This document shows, in pieces, positions 26,799-34,525 of a stretch of DNA of 42,733 nt. The stretch spans positions 1 through 42,733 of the forward strand of contig CAYZQQ010000001.1 in NCBI GenBank assembly GCA_964480075.1, in the 5' to 3' direction. The translations under genes and the position numbers were made by a program. This DNA comes from an uncultured Anaerolineaceae bacterium (lineage in GTDB: Bacteria > Chloroflexota > Anaerolineae > 4572-78). The stretch's first letter is position 1. Each line of letters starts with the position of its first letter. The notes beneath the pieces are model-generated. The model made no database searches. It was not told the DNA's origin and saw nothing but the letters and a program-made list of their open reading frames with translations.

Positions 26799-27469
26799 TG
26801 CCATTCGTATATATGTTGCAATGTGCCGATAATACACTATACACCGGCTGGACAACTGATTTACAGCAACGGTTGGCGGCGCACAATGCCGGACGCGGGG
26901 CAAAATACACCCGCAGTCGATTGCCGGTGCGGCTGATGTACAGCGAAACTTATGACACCCAAAGCGATGCGATGCGCCGCGAACGCGCCATAAAAGCTTT
27001 GTCACGCCGTGAGAAACTGGCACTCATCGCCAGTGGAAATATCATAGAGAACAGGAGGAAATCGATGGCAAAATTATCAACAATTGAAGGAATCGGCGAG
27101 ATTTACGCCGGAAAACTGCAAGCGGCGGGTATTACCAGCGTTGAGTCGCTGTTAAAGCAAGGCGCATCGACAGCGGGAAGAAAATCCATCGCTGAAAATG
27201 CCGGCGTCAGCGATAAATTGTTACTGGAATGGCTCAACCATGCCGATTTGATGCGCGTCAACGGTGTTGGCAGCGAATATGCCGACCTGCTGGAAGCCGC
27301 CGGGGTGGATACCGTGCCGGAGCTGGCACAGCGCAATCCCGACAATTTGTACGCCAAGATGCTGGAGATAGATGGAGAAAAACATCTGGTTCGGCGCACC
27401 CCCACTGCGGCACAGGTGGCAGATTGGGTTTCGCAGGCAAAAGATTTGCCGCGCGTCATCACCTATTGA
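26798..27469 (+). CDS. GIY-YIG nuclease (UPF0213) domain in frame with a DUF4332 domain; the DUF4332 part probably also initiates independently at ATG 27065
   Basis: The N-terminus is FVYMLQCADNTLYTGWTTDLQQRLAAHN. From residue 90 onward, MAKLSTIEGIGEIYAGKLQAAGI... is a complete DUF4332-type sequence. AGGAGG lies 6 nt upstream of the internal ATG. The GTG start overlaps the tyrA stop. Confidence 0.75.
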   Translation: MPFVYMLQCADNTLYTGWTTDLQQRLAAHNAGRGAKYTRSRLPVRLMYSETYDTQSDAMRRERAIKALSRREKLALIASGNIIENRRKSMAKLSTIEGIGEIYAGKLQAAGITSVESLLKQGASTAGRKSIAENAGVSDKLLLEWLNHADLMRVNGVGSEYADLLEAAGVDTVPELAQRNPDNLYAKMLEIDGEKHLVRRTPTAAQVADWVSQAKDLPRVITY

Positions 27470-27948
27470 CCGCACTAAATTTTACGCCGGTTTCGCTAAA
27501 GGTAGATACCGCGCTGTGGGGTAGTTTTTGGCACGGCGATGTTATTTCGCCGGGATATACCCTGCCCGCGCTGGAAGTAGCATTTCTGCGCGAAACCAAA
27601 ATTACGCAAACGATTACCTTGCCCACCCCTGCCGATTATTTGGCGGCGTTGCGCAACGCGCTGACGCAGTCGCCGCATCGCTATGATGCGGTTATGCTGG
27701 ATGGCGTTGCTGCTCGCCGAATCTCGGCGGCGGGGTGGGTGGTTTGGCTCATCAATGGGGAAATTGTGGCGGGGTATCCCGAACCAACCGCCGCTCTGCG
27801 CGATTATGCGGCATCGGTGCTGGAACAATATTTGCAGTGGCAAAAAGAGTGGCACACGCTGACGCACGCCACTCGCATTGACCGGCTCATTCAGGTTGAA
27901 CGGGCGCAACGAGTGATAGCGCTCCCGCCTGCCATTGCAACCGATTGA
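27466..27948 (+). CDS. Hypothetical protein (about 160 aa)
   Basis: The frame stays open after DUF4332, and a TTG start overlaps that stop (TTGA). The composition looks protein-like. The 3' end overlaps convergent murI by 62 nt. Confidence 0.4.
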   Translation: MTALNFTPVSLKVDTALWGSFWHGDVISPGYTLPALEVAFLRETKITQTITLPTPADYLAALRNALTQSPHRYDAVMLDGVAARRISAAGWVVWLINGEIVAGYPEPTAALRDYAASVLEQYLQWQKEWHTLTHATRIDRLIQVERAQRVIALPPAIATD

Positions 27949-28720
27949 CTTCCGGCGCAAAAGCCGTTGTTTGCCCCAGCAATCGGCGCATTGCCACGCC
28001 GTCATCGGTCGCAAAAAAATGGCGGCGCGGCGCACCTGCGTTTGCCAGCGCGCACCGGGCTTCCAGCACTCGCCGTACCTGCGCCGCAACCGCGTCCGCC
28101 GGGTCGATAATAGTTACCGCTTCCCCCACAATTTTCCGTATCACCGGTATCAAAAACGGATAATGGGTACATCCCAGCGCCAACTGGTCGATATTCTCTG
28201 CCAGCAGCGGCAGCAGATATGCTCGCAATAACGCTTCGGCATGAGTGCCGGAAATTTCGCCCGCTTCCACCAGCGATACCAACCCATGCGCCACACGCCG
28301 ATGAACCTTTACCCCGCTCGCAAATGTGCGGGTCGTGCGGGTGAATAATTCGCCGTGAAACGTCCCTGCGGTTGCCAACACGCCGATGTGTCCCGTGCGG
28401 GTTGCCATCGCCGCCGGTTTCACGGCGGGTTCCATCCCCACAAACGGCACATCGAACGTGGTGCGGAGAGGTGTCAATGCGGCAGCGCTGGCGGTATTGC
28501 AGGCTACCACAATCAGTTTTGCCCCCCGTGCCAGCAAAAAGCGGGTTATTTCGGTGGAATAGTGGATGATGTCGGCGGCGGGTTTGGGTCCGTATGGGCA
28601 GTGAGCGCCATCTGCCACATACAGGGTCGATTCAGCGGGCAGCAATTGCACCATCTGCCGCCACACCGACAAGCCTCCCACCCCCGAATCGAACACACCG
28701 ATGGGGCGATTATCTGCCAT
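27887..28720 (-). CDS. murI: Glutamate racemase
   Basis: IGVFDSGVGGLSV, IVVACNTASA and LGCTHYP motifs; ATG at 28720. Confidence 0.9.
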   Translation of the reverse strand: MADNRPIGVFDSGVGGLSVWRQMVQLLPAESTLYVADGAHCPYGPKPAADIIHYSTEITRFLLARGAKLIVVACNTASAAALTPLRTTFDVPFVGMEPAVKPAAMATRTGHIGVLATAGTFHGELFTRTTRTFASGVKVHRRVAHGLVSLVEAGEISGTHAEALLRAYLLPLLAENIDQLALGCTHYPFLIPVIRKIVGEAVTIIDPADAVAAQVRRVLEARCALANAGAPRRHFFATDDGVAMRRLLGQTTAFAPEVNRLQWQAGALSLVAPVQPE

Positions 28721-29474
28721 TATCCTGCCCGGCAGGGTGACGACAGGCTTCAACGAATGCGGTAAAAATGCGGCGCGCTTTTTCGTCTTTTTCCACCAAT
28801 TCTTCGGGATGCCATTGCACGCCCAAACAGAATGGATGACGCGGGACTTCAATGACTTCCGAAATGCCATCGGGGGTATGCCCCACCACCCGAAACGGGT
28901 CGGGAATGGATTGAAGGGCTTGATGATGCAGGCTGTTCACCGCGAATTTTTGTGCGCCCACCACTTGTGTCAACCGCGAGTCCGCATCCAGCAACACCTC
29001 GTGCGCCAAATAATCGCGGGAAAAGCCGCCTCGGCGCTGCAAAAAATCGTGCCGCCCGGCGGCGGGCAATTGAGTCGCAATATCCTGATACAGCGCGCCT
29101 CCTGCCGTCACCGTCATCACCTGAAACCCGCGACAGATACCCAACAGTGGTTTTTTATCGGCGACTGCCCAGCGAGCCATCGTTAATTCTACCGTATCGC
29201 GTTCAGTCTGAATATCGACGGTGGCAGGGTGAGGCGCTTGATTGTATCGTGCCGGGTCAATATCGCCCCCGCCGGTGAGCAACACCCCATCTGCCAGTTG
29301 GTACAGCGTGTGCAATTGCGTTTCTGTAACTTCCATAGGAATGAGAAACGGTGCGCCACCGGCGGCAACCACCGCGCGAAGATAGGCATTGTTTTGAGAG
29401 TTGATTTCCCTGCCCGAAGGGCGGATGCTGGTATCGTGCCGGCACGGGATGGCGATGACGGGACTGGGCTTCAT
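28710..29474 (-). CDS. Class I glutamine amidotransferase, peptidase C26 / gamma-glutamyl-GABA hydrolase (PuuD)-like
   Basis: GICRGFQ (nucleophile Cys), HHQA and VQWHPE motifs. The gene overlaps murI by 11 nt. Confidence 0.8.
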   Translation of the reverse strand: MKPSPVIAIPCRHDTSIRPSGREINSQNNAYLRAVVAAGGAPFLIPMEVTETQLHTLYQLADGVLLTGGGDIDPARYNQAPHPATVDIQTERDTVELTMARWAVADKKPLLGICRGFQVMTVTAGGALYQDIATQLPAAGRHDFLQRRGGFSRDYLAHEVLLDADSRLTQVVGAQKFAVNSLHHQALQSIPDPFRVVGHTPDGISEVIEVPRHPFCLGVQWHPEELVEKDEKARRIFTAFVEACRHPAGQDNGR

Positions 29475-29567
29475 AAATGGGATACCTCAATTTTAGGGTT
29501 TGCACCATGTGCAACAAATGGCGTAATCAGTTAAATTTCAACACAGATATTTCACAAATACGATGGT

Positions 29568-30230
29568 TCACTGCGCTTGTGGTTCAGTGGTATCAATCAT
29601 CACCGCATAAACGCCCCGCAATTCGGGGTCAACCAACTTACCGATAGCAATCATCACCTGGTCGGCATATTCTTGGAGTTGCGCCATTCTTTCTTTGCCT
29701 GATACCGGTGGCAGATATATCAGTTCGCCAATATTAATATGGATGCGCAACCGGTGGAAATGGAGCAGGTTTTTTACCAGCCCCAACTGCCCCGAAATGC
29801 CGATGGGCAAAATGGGAACATTCGCTTTGGTTGCCAAATATGCCACTCCCGCTTTAGCATATTGAAGCCCTCCCGTGCGGCTGCGTGTCCCTTCCGGCGC
29901 CAGCCCCAGAATTCCATCTGCTTTCAACGCCCGCAACGCGGCTAATAAAGCCATCCGGTCAACTTCGCCACGGTGAACAAAAATGCCCCCCGCTGTCCGC
30001 ACCAGCCACCCCACAAAAAATTGGTGTTCCCATTTTTTTGCGACAAATACGGTGATTTTTCGGGGCGGGAGCGCAGCCAGCAATACAACCGGATCAATCA
30101 ATGCCAAATGATTGATTGCCAAAATAAATGCACCGTCCTGCGGAAAATGCTCCATACCGCTAACTCTTATTTTGGCGATTATCTTGAATATTTTGTCGAA
30201 AACAATTTGCAACAAACGGTATTTCTCCAT
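29568..30230 (-). CDS. plsC: 1-acyl-sn-glycerol-3-phosphate acyltransferase
   Basis: NHLALID (HX4D) and APEGTRS motifs. Confidence 0.8.
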   Translation of the reverse strand: MEKYRLLQIVFDKIFKIIAKIRVSGMEHFPQDGAFILAINHLALIDPVVLLAALPPRKITVFVAKKWEHQFFVGWLVRTAGGIFVHRGEVDRMALLAALRALKADGILGLAPEGTRSRTGGLQYAKAGVAYLATKANVPILPIGISGQLGLVKNLLHFHRLRIHINIGELIYLPPVSGKERMAQLQEYADQVMIAIGKLVDPELRGVYAVMIDTTEPQAQ

Positions 30231-30306
30231 AAAAGCACGTCCAATTTTACGATGGTTAAGAAATTGGTGGTGGTTATTTTTGACTGCTAGAATAAATCAT
30301 CCAATT

Positions 30307-30380
30307 TGTCATTCCGTAAATTTCCGAAGGAAATTATCCGGCAACAGAATTTATGGATTCCCGCTTTCGCGGGAATGACA
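30307..30380. repeat. Gene-less pair of tgtcattc/gaatgaca hairpin units (same family as the GIY-YIG cassette termini)
   Basis: The left unit is 30307-30340 (stem aaatttcc-gaa-ggaaatt). The right unit tggattcccgctttcgcgggaatgaca (30354-30380) matches 4095-4121 except for one loop base. Confidence 0.65.
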
Positions 30381-30442
30381 TCACTGACGTTACACAGTTT
30401 GAAATCTGACAAAGTCAAGATATGTCCGGTTGTAATTTTCCT

Positions 30443-30466
30443 CCCACCCCCAAATTCGGGGGTGGG
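30443..30466. repeat. G/C-tract hairpin
   Basis: cccaccccc-aaattc-gggggtggg, a 9-bp stem. A related ccccacccc/ggggg tract lies at 17186-17218. Confidence 0.5.
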
Positions 30467-30577
30467 GAATATCCGGATTTTTAGGTTTTTGACAACAATT
30501 TCAGTCATTGCAATTTTGTCAAATCCGTGACTGCGTAAGGTGAGTGACATCAGTCAATTTGAGCCACTACCAAGAAA

Positions 30578-31564
30578 TTACGGGCTTGTTGACCCTTTTT
30601 GCAACGCTTGAGCCTGTACCCCATATCGATTGACCACCGCATCGGGGATGGTCAAGTCAACCTGAAATGGCGTGCGCGCACCACTTTTCAGCACCACCAC
30701 ATCAAGCTGCACCTGCCGCAGTGCGACAATTCTCCCGGCATCATCGTAGGCGGTAACCACCAACTTCACGGTTTCGGCATCTGCCGCGCCGGTATTTTCA
30801 AGCTGACCGCTGACCCGGTAGGTTTTCCCCCCCATCTGTGATGCAGATACCTCAACCGGGTTCAAATCAAGATAATATCTTGTTTTACCCTGCAATGGCA
30901 CTGCCGCTACCGCCGCCACCTGATATTGAGCAAATGAAGTGGGCGGGTCATCAAAGGGGATAGCAAATGGCACGGTTTGCCCCACAGGCACAACATCAAG
31001 CGCGGTGTATGCCGCCTGCGATGCCAACAAAGTGCCGGTTCCATCAAACAAATTCACACCCACTACCATCTCGGATAGCGTGCTGCCACCGGGGTTGACC
31101 ACTTCTCCAAAACACCACAGTGTTCCCGACGGGTTTTCCACAAAGTTAATGCCGCGAATGTTGAGCGGAAACGGGGTGGCGGTGGCGGTAGGCGCGCCGG
31201 AGGTATCTTCCGGTTCCGGGATAATCAGGGTTTGGTCAATTTGCAGCGACCGGGGGTCAATGATACCATTTGCCACCTGGACCGCTTCGGCATCCACGCC
31301 AAATTGAATGGCGATACCCAATAGCGTATCGCCGGACTGTACTGTATAAATAATGGGCGTGGGAGTCATCGTTGGGGTGGCGGTGGGTTCCGGGGTTGCC
31401 GGGCGGGGGGTGGCGGTGGGGCGCAGGGTTACCGTGGGTAGCAGTGTCACCGCCAATGCGGGGGTAGACGTCAACTCGGCAGCCATCGGCGACGGTTCGG
31501 GAGTAATGAGTTGTCCGCACGCCAGCAGTGTTACCACCAGCGCCAAAAAAGCATAACGTTTCAT
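30578..31564 (-). CDS. LysM domain-containing lipoprotein
   Basis: Lipobox LLAC after MKRYAFLALVVT, a Pro/Thr-rich linker, and the LysM domain YTVQSGDTLLGIAIQFGV... Confidence 0.8.
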   Translation of the reverse strand: MKRYAFLALVVTLLACGQLITPEPSPMAAELTSTPALAVTLLPTVTLRPTATPRPATPEPTATPTMTPTPIIYTVQSGDTLLGIAIQFGVDAEAVQVANGIIDPRSLQIDQTLIIPEPEDTSGAPTATATPFPLNIRGINFVENPSGTLWCFGEVVNPGGSTLSEMVVGVNLFDGTGTLLASQAAYTALDVVPVGQTVPFAIPFDDPPTSFAQYQVAAVAAVPLQGKTRYYLDLNPVEVSASQMGGKTYRVSGQLENTGAADAETVKLVVTAYDDAGRIVALRQVQLDVVVLKSGARTPFQVDLTIPDAVVNRYGVQAQALQKGSTSP

Positions 31565-31572
31565 AAGTCCAA

Positions 31573-31581
31573 ATTATACCA
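31573..31581 (-). promoter_or_regulatory. Extended -10 element (TGgTATAAT) 8 nt upstream of the ATG; implies a leaderless or near-leaderless mRNA
   Basis: The minus strand reads tgGTATAAT-ttggactt-ATG, with no SD in the 8-nt gap. Confidence 0.35.
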
Positions 31582-31800
31582 CAACCTATGCCAAAAGTCG
31601 GAAATCTAAGCTGAAAATTCCCCCAAAAATGAGATTCACATAATATTGCGTTTGTGTCCATACTATGGTAAACTGATTATGGTATGTTAATAATGAGCGT
31701 AACTGCCATTTTTGCAGCGCGAGATGGGAAAACAAACGGGGTGTCGTCTGCCCTTCACCGAACTCAAAACCTGAAACTATTTACAAGGGAGTGGTTCATC

Positions 31801-32676
31801 ATGGATGCAACAGTCAGCGGTTTTTTAAAGTTTTTGGAAGCGGAAAAAGGATATTCAGAAAATACTGTTGCCGCTTACCGCAACGACCTCACCCAATTTA
31901 CACGCTTCATCAATGCCAACGTTAGTGACAATTGGTCAGATGTTACCCGCAATCACATTGACGACTATATTGTTGAATTGAAAGACACCTCTCGCAAGCC
32001 ATATTCTTCTTCCACTATTGCCCGCAAAGTGGCAGCCATAAAATCCTTTTTCCATTATCTTATCGCCGAGGGAGTGGTACAGCTTGACCCCACTGCTACG
32101 CTTGATTCGCCAAAAGTAAAAAAACGATTACCCAAAGTTATGTCCATAGAAGACATCAACAAACTATTAGACGTTACCAACGCCGACGATGCGCCCAAAT
32201 CCCGCCGCGACCATGCGATGCTGGAACTGCTGTATGCCTCCGGTATGCGCGTCACCGAATTGGTTTCACTTAATGTGGATGACGTGGATTTTTCAGAAAG
32301 CGTCGTCCGTGTAAAAGCAAAAAAACATGGGGTGAAAGAACGATACATCCCTGTTGTCGGCGATGCTTCGGATGCCCTAAAAACCTATATCGAACAGGGT
32401 CGCCGCCAATTGTTACATACCCAAACTGAATCGGCGCTATTTCTGAACCATCGCGGGCAACGATTAACCCGTCAGGGTGCGTGGCTCATCATCAAACGGT
32501 ATGTGGAAGAAGTTGGCATTCCCGGTAACGTTACGCCGCACACGCTGCGCCATTCGTTTGCCGCGCATAAATTGAGCCACGGAAAATCGTTGCAGGATAT
32601 TCAAAAACTTTTGGGACATGCCAATATTTCCACCACACAGGTTTATACGCATTTGGTAGATAATTCTGAAGATTAA
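31801..32676 (+). CDS. xerD: Tyrosine recombinase XerD/XerC family
   Basis: MDATVSGFLKFLEAEKGYSENTVAAYRNDL..., followed by the RRDHAMLELLYASGMRVTEL, HTLRHSFA and LGHANISTTQVYTH catalytic boxes. Confidence 0.85.
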   Translation: MDATVSGFLKFLEAEKGYSENTVAAYRNDLTQFTRFINANVSDNWSDVTRNHIDDYIVELKDTSRKPYSSSTIARKVAAIKSFFHYLIAEGVVQLDPTATLDSPKVKKRLPKVMSIEDINKLLDVTNADDAPKSRRDHAMLELLYASGMRVTELVSLNVDDVDFSESVVRVKAKKHGVKERYIPVVGDASDALKTYIEQGRRQLLHTQTESALFLNHRGQRLTRQGAWLIIKRYVEEVGIPGNVTPHTLRHSFAAHKLSHGKSLQDIQKLLGHANISTTQVYTHLVDNSED

Positions 32677-32704
32677 CTGCTTCCCAATAGAAAATTTTTT
32701 GAGC

Positions 32705-32738
32705 ATTGGCGACTGGGAGCCAGCCGCCAATCTTTTTG
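32705..32738 (+). terminator. Intrinsic terminator after xerD
   Basis: TTGGCG-a-CTGG-gag-CCAG-c-CGCCAA followed by tcttttt. Confidence 0.55.
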
Positions 32739-32760
32739 GTTATTGAAAGGCGCCATCCGG

Positions 32761-33606
32761 ATGGATACCATAACAATACCACAAATTCAAGAAGCCGCCG
32801 ATTTCATTTGCCGGCAAACGCCGCTGCGACCGAAAATCGCGCTCACACTCGGTTCCGGGATGGGACCGTTGGCGGCAGAAATTACCCACACCACCATCAT
32901 TCCCTATACCGATATTCCCTATTTTGCGCCGTCAACCGTGTCGGGACACGCCGGGCAACTGGTCATCGGCAAATTGCAGGGACACACCGTGCTGGCAATG
33001 CAGGGGCGGTATCATTTTTATGAAGGGCATAGTATGCAATCTGTCACTCTGCCCGTGCGGGTGATGAAACTGCTCGGTGTGGAGATTTTTGTGGTCACCA
33101 ATGCGGCCGGCGGGTTGAATCAATCGTTCGCCGTGGGCGATTTGATGCTCATCACCGACCATATCAACTTTACCGGTATGGCGGGACACCATCCGCTGCG
33201 GGGACCCAATTTGGATGATTTCGGTCCCCGTTTTCCCGATATGTCCACCCCGTATGATTTGGAATTGCAAGCGATGGCGCAAGCGGCGGCACGGCGCGCC
33301 GGATTCACGTTGCAGCAAGGTGTGTATGTCAGTTTGGCAGGTCCATCATTTGAAACTCCCGCCGAGATTCGCTTTTTGAAAATCATCGGGGGTGATGCGG
33401 TGGGCATGTCCACCGCGCCGGAAGTGGTGGTCGCCCGCCACAGCGGGATTCGCGTGTTGGGTATCAGCGGTATTTCTAACGTGGCGATCACCGATACTGC
33501 CAGCAACCAGAAAACCAGTCATGAAGAAGTGCTGGCAGCCAGCCGGATGATGGCGTCAAAACTCATCAAATTGGTTAAAGGCATTCTTATTGAGATGAGC
33601 AACTGA
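32761..33606 (+). CDS. Purine nucleoside phosphorylase (PNP/MTAP family, PunA-type)
   Basis: LGSGMG, GRYHFYEG, NAAGGLN and VGMSTAPE motifs; ATG at 32761. Confidence 0.85.
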   Translation: MDTITIPQIQEAADFICRQTPLRPKIALTLGSGMGPLAAEITHTTIIPYTDIPYFAPSTVSGHAGQLVIGKLQGHTVLAMQGRYHFYEGHSMQSVTLPVRVMKLLGVEIFVVTNAAGGLNQSFAVGDLMLITDHINFTGMAGHHPLRGPNLDDFGPRFPDMSTPYDLELQAMAQAAARRAGFTLQQGVYVSLAGPSFETPAEIRFLKIIGGDAVGMSTAPEVVVARHSGIRVLGISGISNVAITDTASNQKTSHEEVLAASRMMASKLIKLVKGILIEMSN

Positions 33607-33662
33607 CGCACAACTTATCGGCAAGTTGTACGAGAAGCGTAGGGCAACTGTCGAAAAATAAT

Positions 33663-33691
33663 TTGCCACAACTCGCCACAATTCGTATACT
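33663..33691 (+). promoter_or_regulatory. Candidate sigma70-type promoter
   Basis: TTGCCA, a 17-nt spacer, then TATACT, about 45 nt upstream of the ATG at 33739. Confidence 0.4.
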
Positions 33692-33738
33692 CTGCCATGG
33701 AATTTAACGTAACTCTCTGAAAGGCACGCTGGCGGCAC

Positions 33739-34467
33739 ATGTCAATCCTGGTAAAATTCATCGCCGATAACGCCCTGTGGGCATATCTTTTTTTGGCGCT
33801 ATTGGCGCTGTGGCAAGTCCGCGTGATGAGCCTGGCAATCCGCGAGCGCAACCGGTCAATTTTTGCACTGGAAAAAGAAAACGCCAGCACCCGTCTCAAC
33901 CGCGCCATCGTCAACGTATTTTTCTTGATACTGCTGACCGGCGGCGTATATTACACATCGAACATACTGATTACCGAAGTTCCACTACCCGAAAGCACGC
34001 CCGCCCCCACCCAAATTGTTCAACTACCGCCCACCCCCACCATTCCCATATTGCTGCCCACGCCCACCCCGACGCTCACCCCCACCCCGCGTCCCACCTC
34101 AGTTGCCCAACCCGCCGCAGAAACGCCCACACCGGAAACGCCCGCCGATGCCGGCACGCCGCCCAACTGTCCCAACCTTTCCGCTCGCATCACCCAACCC
34201 GGCGATGGCGCCACCGTGTCCGGGTTGGTGCAAATATTCGGGGCAGCAGTGGTGGATAATTTTGACTACTATAAAATCGAATTTCGCGCACCGGGCAGTG
34301 ACTGGAACTTCATTCAAAACTACGCTACCCCTGTGACCGATGGCTTTTTAGCTGTATGGAACAGCGATACCGTACCCACCGGCACGTATGGTTTTCGATT
34401 GGTGGTGGTTGACAAAACCGGCAATTACCCCGAACCCTGCCAAATTACACTGAATGTGGTACGCTAG
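33739..34467 (+). CDS. Membrane-anchored protein with a Pro/Thr-rich linker and a C-terminal beta-rich domain; unknown function
   Basis: Two N-terminal hydrophobic helices, the linker PTPTIPILLPTPTPTLTPTPRPT, and a roughly 100-aa C-terminal domain. Confidence 0.6.
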   Translation: MSILVKFIADNALWAYLFLALLALWQVRVMSLAIRERNRSIFALEKENASTRLNRAIVNVFFLILLTGGVYYTSNILITEVPLPESTPAPTQIVQLPPTPTIPILLPTPTPTLTPTPRPTSVAQPAAETPTPETPADAGTPPNCPNLSARITQPGDGATVSGLVQIFGAAVVDNFDYYKIEFRAPGSDWNFIQNYATPVTDGFLAVWNSDTVPTGTYGFRLVVVDKTGNYPEPCQITLNVVR

Positions 34468-34480
34468 TCCAACCCAAGCA

Positions 34481-34519
34481 AAAAAACGGGCAACCCGCAT
34501 TGGGTTGCCCGTTTTTTTG
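34481..34519. terminator. Bidirectional intrinsic terminator
   Basis: aaaaaa-CGGGCAACCC-gcatt-GGGTTGCCCG-ttttttt, between convergent genes. Confidence 0.85.
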
Positions 34520-34525
34520 CTCAAA

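Noticed and set aside
30287-30550. 87-aa ORF in the plsC/LysM spacer; similarly the 75-aa ORF at 5943..6170 and the 65-aa ORF at 41175..41372.
   Set aside because: The 87-aa and 75-aa ORFs are read through palindromic repeat units (for example VIPAKAGIH comes from the gcgggaat hairpin). All three lack SDs and have no protein-like conservation cues.
31350-31480. Apparent DNA repeats in the Pro/Thr-rich regions (also at 34010-34110).
   Set aside because: They are coding low-complexity PT linkers of the LysM lipoprotein and the membrane-anchored protein, not independent repeat elements.
31801-32676. xerD as the integrase of an integrated element. It looks AT-richer than its neighbours.
   Set aside because: All XerD-type catalytic boxes and the typical size are present. 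I found no att or dif-like repeats, no cargo genes and no tRNA nearby. The flanking genes are ordinary housekeeping genes.
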